The notes beneath the pieces were generated by a model, which saw nothing but the letters and a program-made list of their open reading frames with translations, made no database searches and had not been told where the DNA came from. Positions 18,037 through 27,707 of a stretch of 64,000 nucleotides of DNA are shown in pieces (position 1 is the first letter of the stretch; each line of letters opens with the position of its first letter). Source of the stretch: a virus; the IMG/VR virus record IMGVR_UViG_3300035670_000033, positions 64,001-128,000 of that record. One strand, given 5' to 3'. The translations under genes and the position numbers were made by a program.

Positions 18037-19443
18037 CTATTTTGAACGGTATCTTTTAACCGCCTGTGGACAGCATCCGCCAGCGTATTTAATACCGTAT
18101 TCCCCTTCATCAAAACCAGCCCATTTTTTGGCTGTTTTACGGTTTTTCCATGGGTGGTCAATAGGCAAAAGATCATTATCTTCCGAATATTTTACATCTT
18201 TGGGTTTTTCCGAGTTCAGCAAAGACAGGAACTTTGAGACCCGCTTATTCGCTTCTTCCCGACCGCCGTCAGCAAAACCTCTAACGAACACAACCTTAAG
18301 GTCGCGAAGGTTGGTTTTGGCAGAAGTTTTTGCTTTAGCATTATTTTTGCGCACCATAACAGCGAGATTATTGATGTCTGTGCTTGTCACGGTTGGAGGC
18401 TTTTTCTTTGGCTTGGGTACACCTTTGTAAAAAAATATTCCGTCGTCCAGTACATCTTTTTGCGATCTTTTAGCCCCACGCGCAAGCATCACATCTCTCA
18501 CATTTAGTTCCTCTGGAGTAACTACGTAAGGAAGTTTCTCTGCGCGACCTACTTCGTTAATGTGTTGTTGTACTTCCTTGGGTGAAAGTTTATATTTGCG
18601 CGATGCGCGAAGGTATGCGAATTTTTGAATTCTGCGCATTTTTTTGGCGTATTCCTTGTCATCTTTGCTGAGACCTGAAGTTTTTACGATCTCATCAATT
18701 GATGATTTCCAATAATTCTTGACATCTTTTGCCTTGTCGTAATCTATTCGTGTTACAGAACGAGGTGCATTCGCTTCACGAGATGGGCTCTTGGGTGCAT
18801 TTTGCCTTCTTCTCCGAACCATTTCTGCTTGATGTTCAGCAAAACTAAGGCGCTGTTTCTTCGGCTTGTTTGCTTTTGGTTTTGGCACTTTTGCTACAGG
18901 AATATTATCTTCGCCATCTGCACCCGTAGCGAAACCATCTCCGTCTCCGTCTTCAAGAGCACCCATCCCACCGATCGGTTTGAACATTCTTCTATAACCA
19001 CTGATTGAACGACCAAGCGCTTTTTCGTCCATTTCTGACTTCTTCTTAAACCCTGAACCTTGGCGTCGCGGATTATTTATCGGACTGTTATCCCCGCGGA
19101 TACCTGTGACACGGTTGTAATCAGAAACATTTGTACAAGGAAGCCAAACAAGTTTTCCATCGCGTGCCGTGTAACGGCGAATACCTATACATCCAAGGTT
19201 GCGTGCACGAATACGGGCAGACTCGGGGTCACTGAAAGTATCAGGATCTGTGGAACGGCTAACAAAGTTAACGAAACCCTTTTCTTCTACAGGTTTCTCT
19301 AAAGTCTGCTTTTTATTCATGCCTTTGATGTACTCAGCAGGATTTTGATTTTTCACTATTGTAAAGTAATAAAAATCAGCCTTCTCATCAGGCGACAAGG
19401 TTTGTACGAGAATGGCTAATTCTCTTGATTCGGTAGGTGTCAT
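18037..19443 (-). CDS. Modular basic head-associated protein with LGCxG module and DGDGDG tag
   Basis: ARNLGCIG...WLPC; DEKALGRSISG...PIGG...DGDGDGFATGADGEDNIP; C-terminal RG...RVSKFL...DNDLLPIDHP module. Confidence 0.6.
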   Translation of the reverse strand: MTPTESRELAILVQTLSPDEKADFYYFTIVKNQNPAEYIKGMNKKQTLEKPVEEKGFVNFVSRSTDPDTFSDPESARIRARNLGCIGIRRYTARDGKLVWLPCTNVSDYNRVTGIRGDNSPINNPRRQGSGFKKKSEMDEKALGRSISGYRRMFKPIGGMGALEDGDGDGFATGADGEDNIPVAKVPKPKANKPKKQRLSFAEHQAEMVRRRRQNAPKSPSREANAPRSVTRIDYDKAKDVKNYWKSSIDEIVKTSGLSKDDKEYAKKMRRIQKFAYLRASRKYKLSPKEVQQHINEVGRAEKLPYVVTPEELNVRDVMLARGAKRSQKDVLDDGIFFYKGVPKPKKKPPTVTSTDINNLAVMVRKNNAKAKTSAKTNLRDLKVVFVRGFADGGREEANKRVSKFLSLLNSEKPKDVKYSEDNDLLPIDHPWKNRKTAKKWAGFDEGEYGIKYAGGCCPQAVKRYRSK

Positions 19444-20678
19444 ATGGTTTCCACAAATCCTTCTTCAACGGCGAGCATTGACCTATCCCATACAACAAAA
19501 AAATTGTCTTTAGTTAGAGCAGCCCTATGACCCTTAGCCGCGAAGAGACGACCAATATCGTCGTCTCCACCGAACTCACTTTTTCTACCGCTGTATCTCG
19601 CCTCAATCATTTCATCAAATTCTGATCTCTCTGTAACGGTGTTCGGGGGAATTGCCACCCTCATCACCGTTCCTTGCATCGCATTATTAATATAGGCGTA
19701 TTGTCTAGCGGTTCTAAGGTCATCCGTAAAATAGATTCCATTAGCCTGATGACCCATACCCGCCCAGTAGTCACCTTCCATAAACTGTTTTGCCAACTGT
19801 TCAGATGTTGACAATCTATTATCAGGGGTGCCAGGTAAATCGGCGTTAAAAACATCCTTAATGCCTCGGTAAGCAATCGTCCAACCCTCTTGTTCCAACT
19901 GTTTCATTTTTTCAGACGAGACAACTTTTGGCTTGCCCGTAAAACCCTGTTTTTCCGCAATTATTTCAAGTTGGACATCTCCATATTGCTTTCCAGCAAG
20001 TTTGTATTCATTCGTTCGCTTTTTTATTTCTTTGTCGCCCTCTGATCTAACTTCAATAAAACCCCTATAGTTTCCAAAGTAAACTTTCAAATCGTCCGTA
20101 ATGTCCTTGGCTCGCTTAAGTATTTTTTTAGTAGGGGCAGGAATATTGTCTTCTCCGTCAGGACCAGTAGTGAACCCGTCGCTATCGCCGTCAAACTCTG
20201 CTACACCACCAATAGGGCGACCTAAAGACTTGCCAGAAAACGAGCCAGTTACAAGCCCACCACCCGGCAAGGTTGCGATGCCAGTAATAGGTTTCTCGTC
20301 AAGGTTCTCCCAACCCCGTTTAGGTGCCTTGTGGTTGCAAACCGCATAATACTTTTTCCCTGCAAGCAGAACAGTTCGTACACCACCACAACCACGAGCC
20401 TTAGAAATAGCAACAGCATCAGCACGATTCTCATAATATGCATCAGACTTTGTTTCTAAACGCTTGGTGCGTTGAACCATTTTCGGCAAAGGTTTTTTAT
20501 TATTTGAAGCACGAACTTTTAAATACTCTTCTTTACCCTTTTTGATTCCCTCATATTCTTCGTGTGAGGCGCAAGGCATCCAACCAGCATCGGTCTCATG
20601 GGCTCCCTGACATCCAAGCATGCGGGCAACACGAAGCGCCTGATCCCTAGTGGTTTTATTCTTTTCGTCTTCAGACAT
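19440..20678 (-). CDS. DGDGDG-tagged protein with C-terminal ADP-ribosyltransferase-like domain
   Basis: Two LGC/RGC modules, SGKSLGRPIGG...DGDSDG...EDNIP, then IAYRGIKD...GMGHQANGIYFT...ARQYA...GTVMRVAI. Confidence 0.65.
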   Translation of the reverse strand: MSEDEKNKTTRDQALRVARMLGCQGAHETDAGWMPCASHEEYEGIKKGKEEYLKVRASNNKKPLPKMVQRTKRLETKSDAYYENRADAVAISKARGCGGVRTVLLAGKKYYAVCNHKAPKRGWENLDEKPITGIATLPGGGLVTGSFSGKSLGRPIGGVAEFDGDSDGFTTGPDGEDNIPAPTKKILKRAKDITDDLKVYFGNYRGFIEVRSEGDKEIKKRTNEYKLAGKQYGDVQLEIIAEKQGFTGKPKVVSSEKMKQLEQEGWTIAYRGIKDVFNADLPGTPDNRLSTSEQLAKQFMEGDYWAGMGHQANGIYFTDDLRTARQYAYINNAMQGTVMRVAIPPNTVTERSEFDEMIEARYSGRKSEFGGDDDIGRLFAAKGHRAALTKDNFFVVWDRSMLAVEEGFVETI

Positions 20679-20941
20679 TATTGTTTTTCTTTTTTAGATA
20701 CTTTTTCAACCTCTGAAGCATATTCCATAGACATCGCGTACTGATCAAATAGTTCATCTATTTTGTCTGCATTCTCTTTGTTCATCAGATACGAGACCAT
20801 TGACTCAAGGTCACCATCTTTGCCATTTTCATTTGCATACCCGTAGGCAATGGCAATAATTTTAGAACGTGTCTCAGGGTTCTTTACTGTCGTTAGCAGT
20901 TGATTTTTGATTGAGTTTTTTTGTTCTGTTGTAAGTTTCAT
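20678..20941 (-). CDS. Small partner (immunity-like) protein
   Basis: 87 aa, start overlaps the stop of the GNAT-like effector. Confidence 0.55.
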   Translation of the reverse strand: MKLTTEQKNSIKNQLLTTVKNPETRSKIIAIAYGYANENGKDGDLESMVSYLMNKENADKIDELFDQYAMSMEYASEVEKVSKKEKQ

Positions 20942-23900
20942 TACGCCAACCTCGGTGGTTCCACCCGTATTCTAGGGCGAGCAATTTTTGGTTTCTTAGG
21001 GAGTTTCTGACCAATTTTTTGTTCAGCAAAAGATAGCGTTCCACCACCAAATCCAAGATTTGCTTTAAACCATTGTTTCACATATTCCATTTTTTCCCTG
21101 TCGCCAGTAGGATCATCCAAAGCAAAGATTATGTCTTGATGCTGATACTGCTTACCACCTCGCGCCTGTGCGAGAATTGATTTAATTCTCGCATATTCTG
21201 CGTCATTGTTTATCAATCCGCCAGCACCAAAATCCTCATAAAATTTGAGAGGTGACTGAAGCACCTGTAGGTCTCTGTCTGCCAAGCCATAGTTTCTTTT
21301 GAATCCAACACGAGCCCAAACATATTGTCCATCATCGGCTGCGTTCACCATCGCCTTTGTGACACCTATTTGCTTCAGGTAAAGAAACGCGTGCTGGTTA
21401 TAAATTGTTTGAATATCAGCGCCTCTATCTATTTTGCTTGTCACAAACATTGAATTTTGGCTTACCGTACCCTGCGATACGCTTACACTCCGAGACGATT
21501 TAGCGATTGCTGCTCTTATAACTTCACCGTTTGCGTTGATCTCGTCAAACGTAACCGAAATCTGAAACCCATTTTGAGGAGACACTGTTGCGGTAGCACG
21601 GTAAAGTTTCCCGTTCTTGCCTTCAATTCTTTGGTGGGAATAAGCCTGTTTCAAGTACTCTGCCTTTTGCGGAGCAGTGAGTCTTCCCCATTTTACGGGT
21701 GTCATGTCTTCATATGGTGCACCACCGTTTGGGTGCCGTTGCTTAAGATACTTAGCAAGTTTCCCTTGACGACGTTCAATCGCCTCGTTCACCTGATCAT
21801 TGATCTTCTTCGCTACATCTTCTGGAAGCGGTCTAGGAATATTTGTTGCATCTGGATTGAAAACAAAACCTTGTTTCCTTCTTTCTGATGCTTTCCGTAT
21901 TTCTGGTCCTAATGCTTCTATCAACTGAAGATGACCTTCATATTTGCCAATATCAGACTGTAATTGAGCAATTTTTTTCATTGTCTCAACACGGTTGAAT
22001 TCTTTTGCTTCTGGAGTATTTCCAATAGGTGAACGCATAAGTCTGAATTCTGCGCTTAGTTGTGTTTCTAATTCGGTAAGTTTGGTTCGCACACCCGCGA
22101 CACCACCTTGTGGTCTTACGTATCCGATATATTTTCTTTTTGCCTCGGTGACTAAAGCCGATACATCGGCATCGGGGTTTGCTCGGAGCAAATCAGCAAC
22201 TCTTGAAAGTTCTTTTTGAAAGTTCCGCACCGCTAGTTGGCGACCTTCATTTTGGTTGAACAATGCTTGATCGGCTAGTAATCCAAGTTGTCCCAAAAGT
22301 TTTGGATCTTGCATTTGAAGCAATACTTCTTCAATCAGATCTTCATTTTCTTTTTTGAATTTGGCTGCTTCCATCTTTGGTGGAACATGCTTCAGTTCGT
22401 CTGGAACATCTCGGATATCGCGTGGCGATGGGGTGTCAACACTATTAGCGATCGGAGCGTCAACTGGAGGTTCTCCAGTACGGTTGGCGTCATAGATTTC
22501 CTGCCATGCGTCCCTGTAGTCTTTAATATATGTTTTAATGCGGGCAATATTTATTTCCTCGTCTTGCCTTCGTTCAATGAAGTCATTGTCAGAAAGTTCA
22601 CCTCTAGCAATCGCTTGCTCTATACGCGCTATCCTTGCATCCGCTGCAACTATTTTTTGTGCGGCTTCAACCAATTTCTGTCCGCGTCCAGCGCCAATGG
22701 GTGGGAAGTTGGCGGGGTCATTGATGATCATTATCCTGTCATTTGGCATGACATCATTTAAAACATAACCTTCAAAGTCTCTATCGTTAAGAACTTCATT
22801 CAGGTTAACCCTTTGTCCTGCACCACGCGCTCTATCCGCTCTGGCTTGGCGCATTCTTTCCGAGTTGGCAGCGTTGTCACTGTTGCCGGGTTGTGGGCGA
22901 GCGGGAGATGCCTCTGGTTTTGGTTTTCTGCGTTTAGGTCCTGCTACGGCACGACGCTCTTCCGATTCGGCATCAAGTAGTGCACCAATATCGTTCCTGT
23001 CGGGGTTTGCCCTAGGGCGACGAGGTTTAACTACTTTTGGCTCAACAACTGAGCGTGGAGGCTGAAGACGCCTTACCTCTTCTTCCAACTTAACTATTTT
23101 TTCTCGTTGACGCCTGATTGCTTGTGGCGCCGCACTATTCTGTCGCATCATCTGCAACATGTCTCGTGCTTCGTTAAGATCACGCTCTGCTACTGCGAGC
23201 GGATCGGTCTCATTTGCTCGGCGTGTTGGTGCTTTAGGTTTCTTTGTTGCTTCAACTACGGCACGACGGCGACGGCGAGCAGGCGCTTCACCAGTTCTTG
23301 GTGCACCCGGCTGTTCAATTTCGCGTTGCATTCTTCTTTGTTCTGATTCACGAAGATTTCCTTCACCTCGTGGTCTTGCAGGTTGACGTCTGCGAGCAGG
23401 GCGTGCAGGAGCATTGCGTCGTCTTAGTTCCGCCATTACTCGTTTGTAATCGTCGCTGTCTCTTCCGCCAGTAGCGTTCTCTAATTCGTCGCGCATTTCC
23501 TCTAAAACCTCTAGAGGTTCTGCGGCGAGAAGATTTGCTTCGTCACGGGCAGGGCGAGCGGGTGCTTGTCGTCTGCGTTGCGGACGAGGTGCAGGTGTTA
23601 ACTCTCTAGGTGCTTCAGGTGTGTCAACCGACGGTGGTCGTGCAACAACAGTTCGCCTACGAGCGCCACGAGGACTAGGGGCATTCCCGCCATCCAGTCG
23701 CTCAGCAATACCACGTAAACCTTGCTCAAGACGACCAGCACCACCGCCTTGGGGGTTAAGTCTTGCAAGTATTCGGCGTTCACGACGAGCAATACGACGA
23801 CCACGGCGAGCATCATCAACATTTTCCAACCGTTGACCAATATCTGATATTTGATTAGCGATGCGTCGTGCGACCCCCCAACCGCAAGACCGACCAAAAC

Positions 23901-24087
23901 GATCTGTTATCTGTCCACCATACCGTGTCCCCGTTGGACAGCGCCAGCCTCCACGACGGTTAGTGCCGGGGATAGAAAGACTCGGATCCCACATGGCGCG
24001 AACAGCCTTGACTTCATAAGCAATAGTTGACGTGTTCCGTTCGCTAAGAAAAGATTTTGCCTTAAAGTCGGCGATATTCTGAAGCAT
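20941..24087 (-). CDS. Cys-tagged polymorphic effector with C-terminal GNAT-like domain
   Basis: N-terminal EVK|AVRAMWDPSLSIPGTNRRGGWRCPTGTRYGGQITDRFGRSCGW; Arg/Pro-rich linker; C-terminal DRGADIQ...LKQIGVTKAMVNAADDGQYVWARVGF. Confidence 0.65.
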   Translation of the reverse strand: MLQNIADFKAKSFLSERNTSTIAYEVKAVRAMWDPSLSIPGTNRRGGWRCPTGTRYGGQITDRFGRSCGWGVARRIANQISDIGQRLENVDDARRGRRIARRERRILARLNPQGGGAGRLEQGLRGIAERLDGGNAPSPRGARRRTVVARPPSVDTPEAPRELTPAPRPQRRRQAPARPARDEANLLAAEPLEVLEEMRDELENATGGRDSDDYKRVMAELRRRNAPARPARRRQPARPRGEGNLRESEQRRMQREIEQPGAPRTGEAPARRRRRAVVEATKKPKAPTRRANETDPLAVAERDLNEARDMLQMMRQNSAAPQAIRRQREKIVKLEEEVRRLQPPRSVVEPKVVKPRRPRANPDRNDIGALLDAESEERRAVAGPKRRKPKPEASPARPQPGNSDNAANSERMRQARADRARGAGQRVNLNEVLNDRDFEGYVLNDVMPNDRIMIINDPANFPPIGAGRGQKLVEAAQKIVAADARIARIEQAIARGELSDNDFIERRQDEEINIARIKTYIKDYRDAWQEIYDANRTGEPPVDAPIANSVDTPSPRDIRDVPDELKHVPPKMEAAKFKKENEDLIEEVLLQMQDPKLLGQLGLLADQALFNQNEGRQLAVRNFQKELSRVADLLRANPDADVSALVTEAKRKYIGYVRPQGGVAGVRTKLTELETQLSAEFRLMRSPIGNTPEAKEFNRVETMKKIAQLQSDIGKYEGHLQLIEALGPEIRKASERRKQGFVFNPDATNIPRPLPEDVAKKINDQVNEAIERRQGKLAKYLKQRHPNGGAPYEDMTPVKWGRLTAPQKAEYLKQAYSHQRIEGKNGKLYRATATVSPQNGFQISVTFDEINANGEVIRAAIAKSSRSVSVSQGTVSQNSMFVTSKIDRGADIQTIYNQHAFLYLKQIGVTKAMVNAADDGQYVWARVGFKRNYGLADRDLQVLQSPLKFYEDFGAGGLINNDAEYARIKSILAQARGGKQYQHQDIIFALDDPTGDREKMEYVKQWFKANLGFGGGTLSFAEQKIGQKLPKKPKIARPRIRVEPPRLA
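23966..23991. repeat. 26-bp exact repeat (copy 1; copy 2 at 30451-30476; diverged copy near 26830) within the shared effector tag
   Basis: CCGGGGATAGAAAGACTCGGATCCCA is identical at both positions. Confidence 0.8.
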
Positions 24088-24090
24088 GGT

Positions 24091-24408
24091 TTAAGCCTTA
24101 AAACTTTTTTTATTTGGAAGAGACTTAATTTGATTTTTATACATTTCTTCAGTTACTTGCCCATCAGAACTGTATTGTGCGGACATTGAATTAAGACGGT
24201 AAAGAATATATTCCATTCCGCTTCCCTCCAAAGGGATCTCGTTTCGTGCCGACGATTCTGAAAGAATTTCAATAAGTTGATCAACAAGTTCTTTATCGGA
24301 AGCGTGTATTTCTACAAGTCCATCAATATTTTTTCCAGCGCAAGACCCATTTACCTTGTTTGTAAATGGATCCATGAATTGACCTATAAAAAACTCTCTC
24401 ATGATCAC
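24091..24408 (-). CDS. Small partner (immunity-like) protein
   Basis: 105 aa, overlaps the stop of the upstream kinase-like effector by 4 nt. Confidence 0.55.
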   Translation of the reverse strand: MIMREFFIGQFMDPFTNKVNGSCAGKNIDGLVEIHASDKELVDQLIEILSESSARNEIPLEGSGMEYILYRLNSMSAQYSSDGQVTEEMYKNQIKSLPNKKSFKA

Positions 24409-27284
24409 CTTTGGTTACTTGGAATTATGTTGACTATCTCATTTTCGGCGTTGCGAAGGTTTGCAAGACTTCGTACCATGCCATCATAAAGTGCTCCTGC
24501 TCGGGCTTTATTTGAGTCAGTCTTACTTACTTTTTGCAATGCGTCTGTTATGAATTGTTCACGACCGACAGCAAGTGTTTTTTCTGTTTGCACAACAACC
24601 TGTCTGTACACTTCTTGAATTCGCGCATAAGTTTCACGCCTTTGCGCGGCTGACATAGCGGGTAGTGCGGTGCGCATAGTGGCAAGAATGTCCGTGTCCA
24701 TACGAAAACCCCGTTGGTAACGATCAAATAGTCCTCCGTGATCCCTTCCAGCCCAACCCAAGTCCATCGGAACGACATGCGCTAATTTCTTGCCGTCTGG
24801 TAATTCCACTACACGACCCATACCGTTGCCTCCGTGGCGGTCGCTAACACCAAGAATATAGTTGGCTAGAACATTAGACAATCTTTCAGGAAGACCTTTA
24901 TCTGGAAGGGCATTCAGGGCTCCTTTGTTGAAATCGTAGCCACCAGCAGCACCGCCGATTACTGCTCCTTCAGGCACGTCGTTGTGTGCCAGAGGGATCA
25001 TGATGTAGGGGGTTCCTTTTCGGACTGTTCCAAGAGGCTTTCGTACATCTGCTTCAAGTTTACCGTCTTGAATTGCTCCGTCTTCCAAGATCCCTACAGC
25101 AGCCAAGTAGTTCCATCCAATGAGTTCGCCGACATTGTCGGCAGGTTTTGCAGCCTTGAAAACCCATCCCTGATTAGTTGGATTTCCATTTTCATCACGC
25201 AAAAAGTAAATTTTAGTTACACCTACAGCGCCACCGTTGGGTTGTACTTTTTTGAAACGCTTATTCGTGTCTCGTGGATCTGATGAAGCGTTTGCTTCTA
25301 TGGCAATGTGCATGAATTTTGCTGGAACCTTTTGTATGTCTCCACCATTTTTTATATGGTCAATCGCTTTTTGTTCCGTGTTAATTGTTCGGTCTTCTTC
25401 TGAAACAAATTTTCCAATTGGAGAATTCCGTCTATCTATCTTTAATTTGCCATGCGCATTTTTGCTTCTAGCAAATTTTCGGAAAGGAGATTTTTTTTGC
25501 TGTTTTGCTTGTTGCGCTTGCGGTGATGGTGGTGTCCTTGGCGTTGGTGGTTCAGGTGGTTCGCTATTTCCGTTGCTTAGATCCAAAAACTGTTGACTAA
25601 AATCGCGTAAGTAACGATTCAGTGACGCTTGACCCTGTGGACCTCGGTACTCTTGTTCTAGCGCGTCACCATCAACGATATTTCTGGCTAGGAAACCACG
25701 AAATTTTCCGCTTTCTTGTGGGAGTAATTCAATTTCCCAGTTTCCTTTTTTCCATCTAGTTGAACCATCAGGTTGGTTAATAGCGTCCCAACCTTCTCCA
25801 CCAAAATCGGGCATTCTTACATTTGCCCGTGCCGGTGCGCCTCCGTCCCCAGGTGTGACAAAACCGCGACCATCTGGTGAGCGTCGCGGTTGGCGTGCAG
25901 GGCGTGCAGGGCGTGCAGGTGCTGGCTCGGGAATATCATTCGCTTGTGGTTTGCGTGATGCGCTACGACCAGCACCCTGTGCTGTTGCTTGCCGACGGCG
26001 ACGACGGCTATTTTGTGGGCGACGATTACGAGGCGCTGGTGGTTCAAAATCTATTGGTGCTGAACGACCGTGTGCATCTTTCCAAGCATCGCGAAGATTA
26101 TTTTTGTTGATCTCGTACCATTCACGGCGAGTCAACATTCCTGCGTTCCCGCCACCTTCGCGAATTTCTCGTACTCGTTTAGCGTATTCACCATATTTTC
26201 GTAATACATACGGTTTGAAATCTTCTGTTTCACCAGCGTCGGAAGCATCTCTTGCGGTGAGAACATCAACATTTGCTGGTTGTGGTGCAACGCGCGGGCG
26301 TGCCTGTGGTCGTGCCTGTGGGCGTCGTTGTCCTGCTGGTGCTGGTCGGCGTGCAGGACGAGGTGTTGGTGCGGGTGTAGGCGCTGTTTCTGGTATTGCG
26401 TCACGACGACGGTTTCTCGGCACTCGTGCTGGTGCCTCAACTTCAGGTGTTTCGTCGTTGCGTCGTCCACCTCTATTGACTCTTCGGTTAATAGCACCCG
26501 CTAAACCTTCATTGTTTACCCTGTCCAACAAATTCCCTCGCCGTGGGGACTCACCTCCCTCAAGGCGATCAGCGATATTCCGCAGACCGCCTTCAACCCG
26601 ACCAGTTTCCGCAACTCCGCCAAGCCTTCTCATCATTCGTGCGTTACGGCGATCAAGACGACGCTTCCGTTTGTCATCATCTCGTTGTTCTAAGCGTTCG
26701 CCAATGTCAGCAATTTGGTTTGCAATTCGTCGCGCAACTCCCCATCCGCACGAACGACCAAAACGATCTGTTATCTGTCCGCCGTATCTTGTGCCTACAG
26801 GGCATCGGAAACCGCCACGGCGGTTAGTGCCGGGGATGGAGAGGCTTGGATCCCAAACTGCACGAACACCTTTGATTTCAAAATGCGCTGACGAACGAGT
26901 TTGGTCAGAAATAAAAGAAGATGCTTTAAAAGTCAAAACATTTTTGAACTCTTCGTTAGAAAACTCAGAAAGCAAAACTTCAGAAATAGATAAAACTGGC
27001 AGGTTTTTGAATTCCATCGGCTCACTTTGAATATGTGCAAGTGAAGCAACTTTTTTCTGAACTGCTGTTCCTGATGGGCTCGGACCTTCAATTATTTTGG
27101 ATGCATCCATTGACTGAACTAGTTCAGGCTTAGTGATTGGGGTGTCGGCGTATTCTTCGCGGAGTATCCCAACAAGTTCCTTTGCATCTTCCGTCATCGG
27201 TTTGAATGTGGATCCCTTGGGGGTCGTTGAAACAACCATAAATGGTGTGTTGTCACGGTTCTTGATAATGAAAACTAGGTTCAT
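24405..27284 (-). CDS. Cys-tagged polymorphic effector with C-terminal HipA/PI3K-like kinase
   Basis: Same N-proximal tag; C-terminal WVFK...GELIG...LANYILGVSDRHGGN...VVPMDLG. Confidence 0.75.
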   Translation of the reverse strand: MNLVFIIKNRDNTPFMVVSTTPKGSTFKPMTEDAKELVGILREEYADTPITKPELVQSMDASKIIEGPSPSGTAVQKKVASLAHIQSEPMEFKNLPVLSISEVLLSEFSNEEFKNVLTFKASSFISDQTRSSAHFEIKGVRAVWDPSLSIPGTNRRGGFRCPVGTRYGGQITDRFGRSCGWGVARRIANQIADIGERLEQRDDDKRKRRLDRRNARMMRRLGGVAETGRVEGGLRNIADRLEGGESPRRGNLLDRVNNEGLAGAINRRVNRGGRRNDETPEVEAPARVPRNRRRDAIPETAPTPAPTPRPARRPAPAGQRRPQARPQARPRVAPQPANVDVLTARDASDAGETEDFKPYVLRKYGEYAKRVREIREGGGNAGMLTRREWYEINKNNLRDAWKDAHGRSAPIDFEPPAPRNRRPQNSRRRRRQATAQGAGRSASRKPQANDIPEPAPARPARPARQPRRSPDGRGFVTPGDGGAPARANVRMPDFGGEGWDAINQPDGSTRWKKGNWEIELLPQESGKFRGFLARNIVDGDALEQEYRGPQGQASLNRYLRDFSQQFLDLSNGNSEPPEPPTPRTPPSPQAQQAKQQKKSPFRKFARSKNAHGKLKIDRRNSPIGKFVSEEDRTINTEQKAIDHIKNGGDIQKVPAKFMHIAIEANASSDPRDTNKRFKKVQPNGGAVGVTKIYFLRDENGNPTNQGWVFKAAKPADNVGELIGWNYLAAVGILEDGAIQDGKLEADVRKPLGTVRKGTPYIMIPLAHNDVPEGAVIGGAAGGYDFNKGALNALPDKGLPERLSNVLANYILGVSDRHGGNGMGRVVELPDGKKLAHVVPMDLGWAGRDHGGLFDRYQRGFRMDTDILATMRTALPAMSAAQRRETYARIQEVYRQVVVQTEKTLAVGREQFITDALQKVSKTDSNKARAGALYDGMVRSLANLRNAENEIVNIIPSNQR

Positions 27285-27408
27285 TGTTTACTTTCCACAT
27301 TTGTGAAGGCATTGAGCAAGCCCTGTAAGTCTTGCGTCGCAATATCGCTACTGTAAAATGGTATCACTAACGGCAGATATCAAAATTATGACACTGTAAA
27401 CATATTAT

Positions 27409-27702
27409 TTATTTGTCTAATTTTTTGTGCCCTAATTGAATAAGAAAATTATCAATTTTCTCTTTGCTTGAACCCTCGTATTTTAATATTTCTGCATTGA
27501 GGTAAGAGTACCCATGCAACATGTTTTCAAGAGTCGCCATCTTGGGGGAATTCTTCTTCATAGTTAGGAAATGCTCATTATCTCGTTTGTCGTTATCGCG
27601 ATTTTTTGAGTAATAAGTGATAATCCCCTTATCGTCTTCCACCAAAACAATTGGGGAAGCCTGAACCAGTGGATCCTTAGAGGTGATGATTGCCGCTCTC
27701 AT
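27409..27702 (-). CDS. Small partner (immunity-like) protein
   Basis: 97 aa, starts 5 nt after the stop of the 27708 kinase-like effector. Confidence 0.55.
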   Translation of the reverse strand: MRAAIITSKDPLVQASPIVLVEDDKGIITYYSKNRDNDKRDNEHFLTMKKNSPKMATLENMLHGYSYLNAEILKYEGSSKEKIDNFLIQLGHKKLDK

Positions 27703-27707
27703 GATAT

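Noticed and set aside
25855-27030. 391-aa plus-strand ORF (and similar antisense ORFs at 29500, 35443, 3531)
   Set aside because: Shadow frames of low-complexity Arg/Pro/Ala or Glu/Asp-rich genes on the opposite strand; no SD or motifs.
27285-27370. Possible 28-aa GTG-start ORF (VIPFYSSD...VESKQ*) overlapping the 24405 start
   Set aside because: Too short with no clear SD; cannot be supported from sequence alone.
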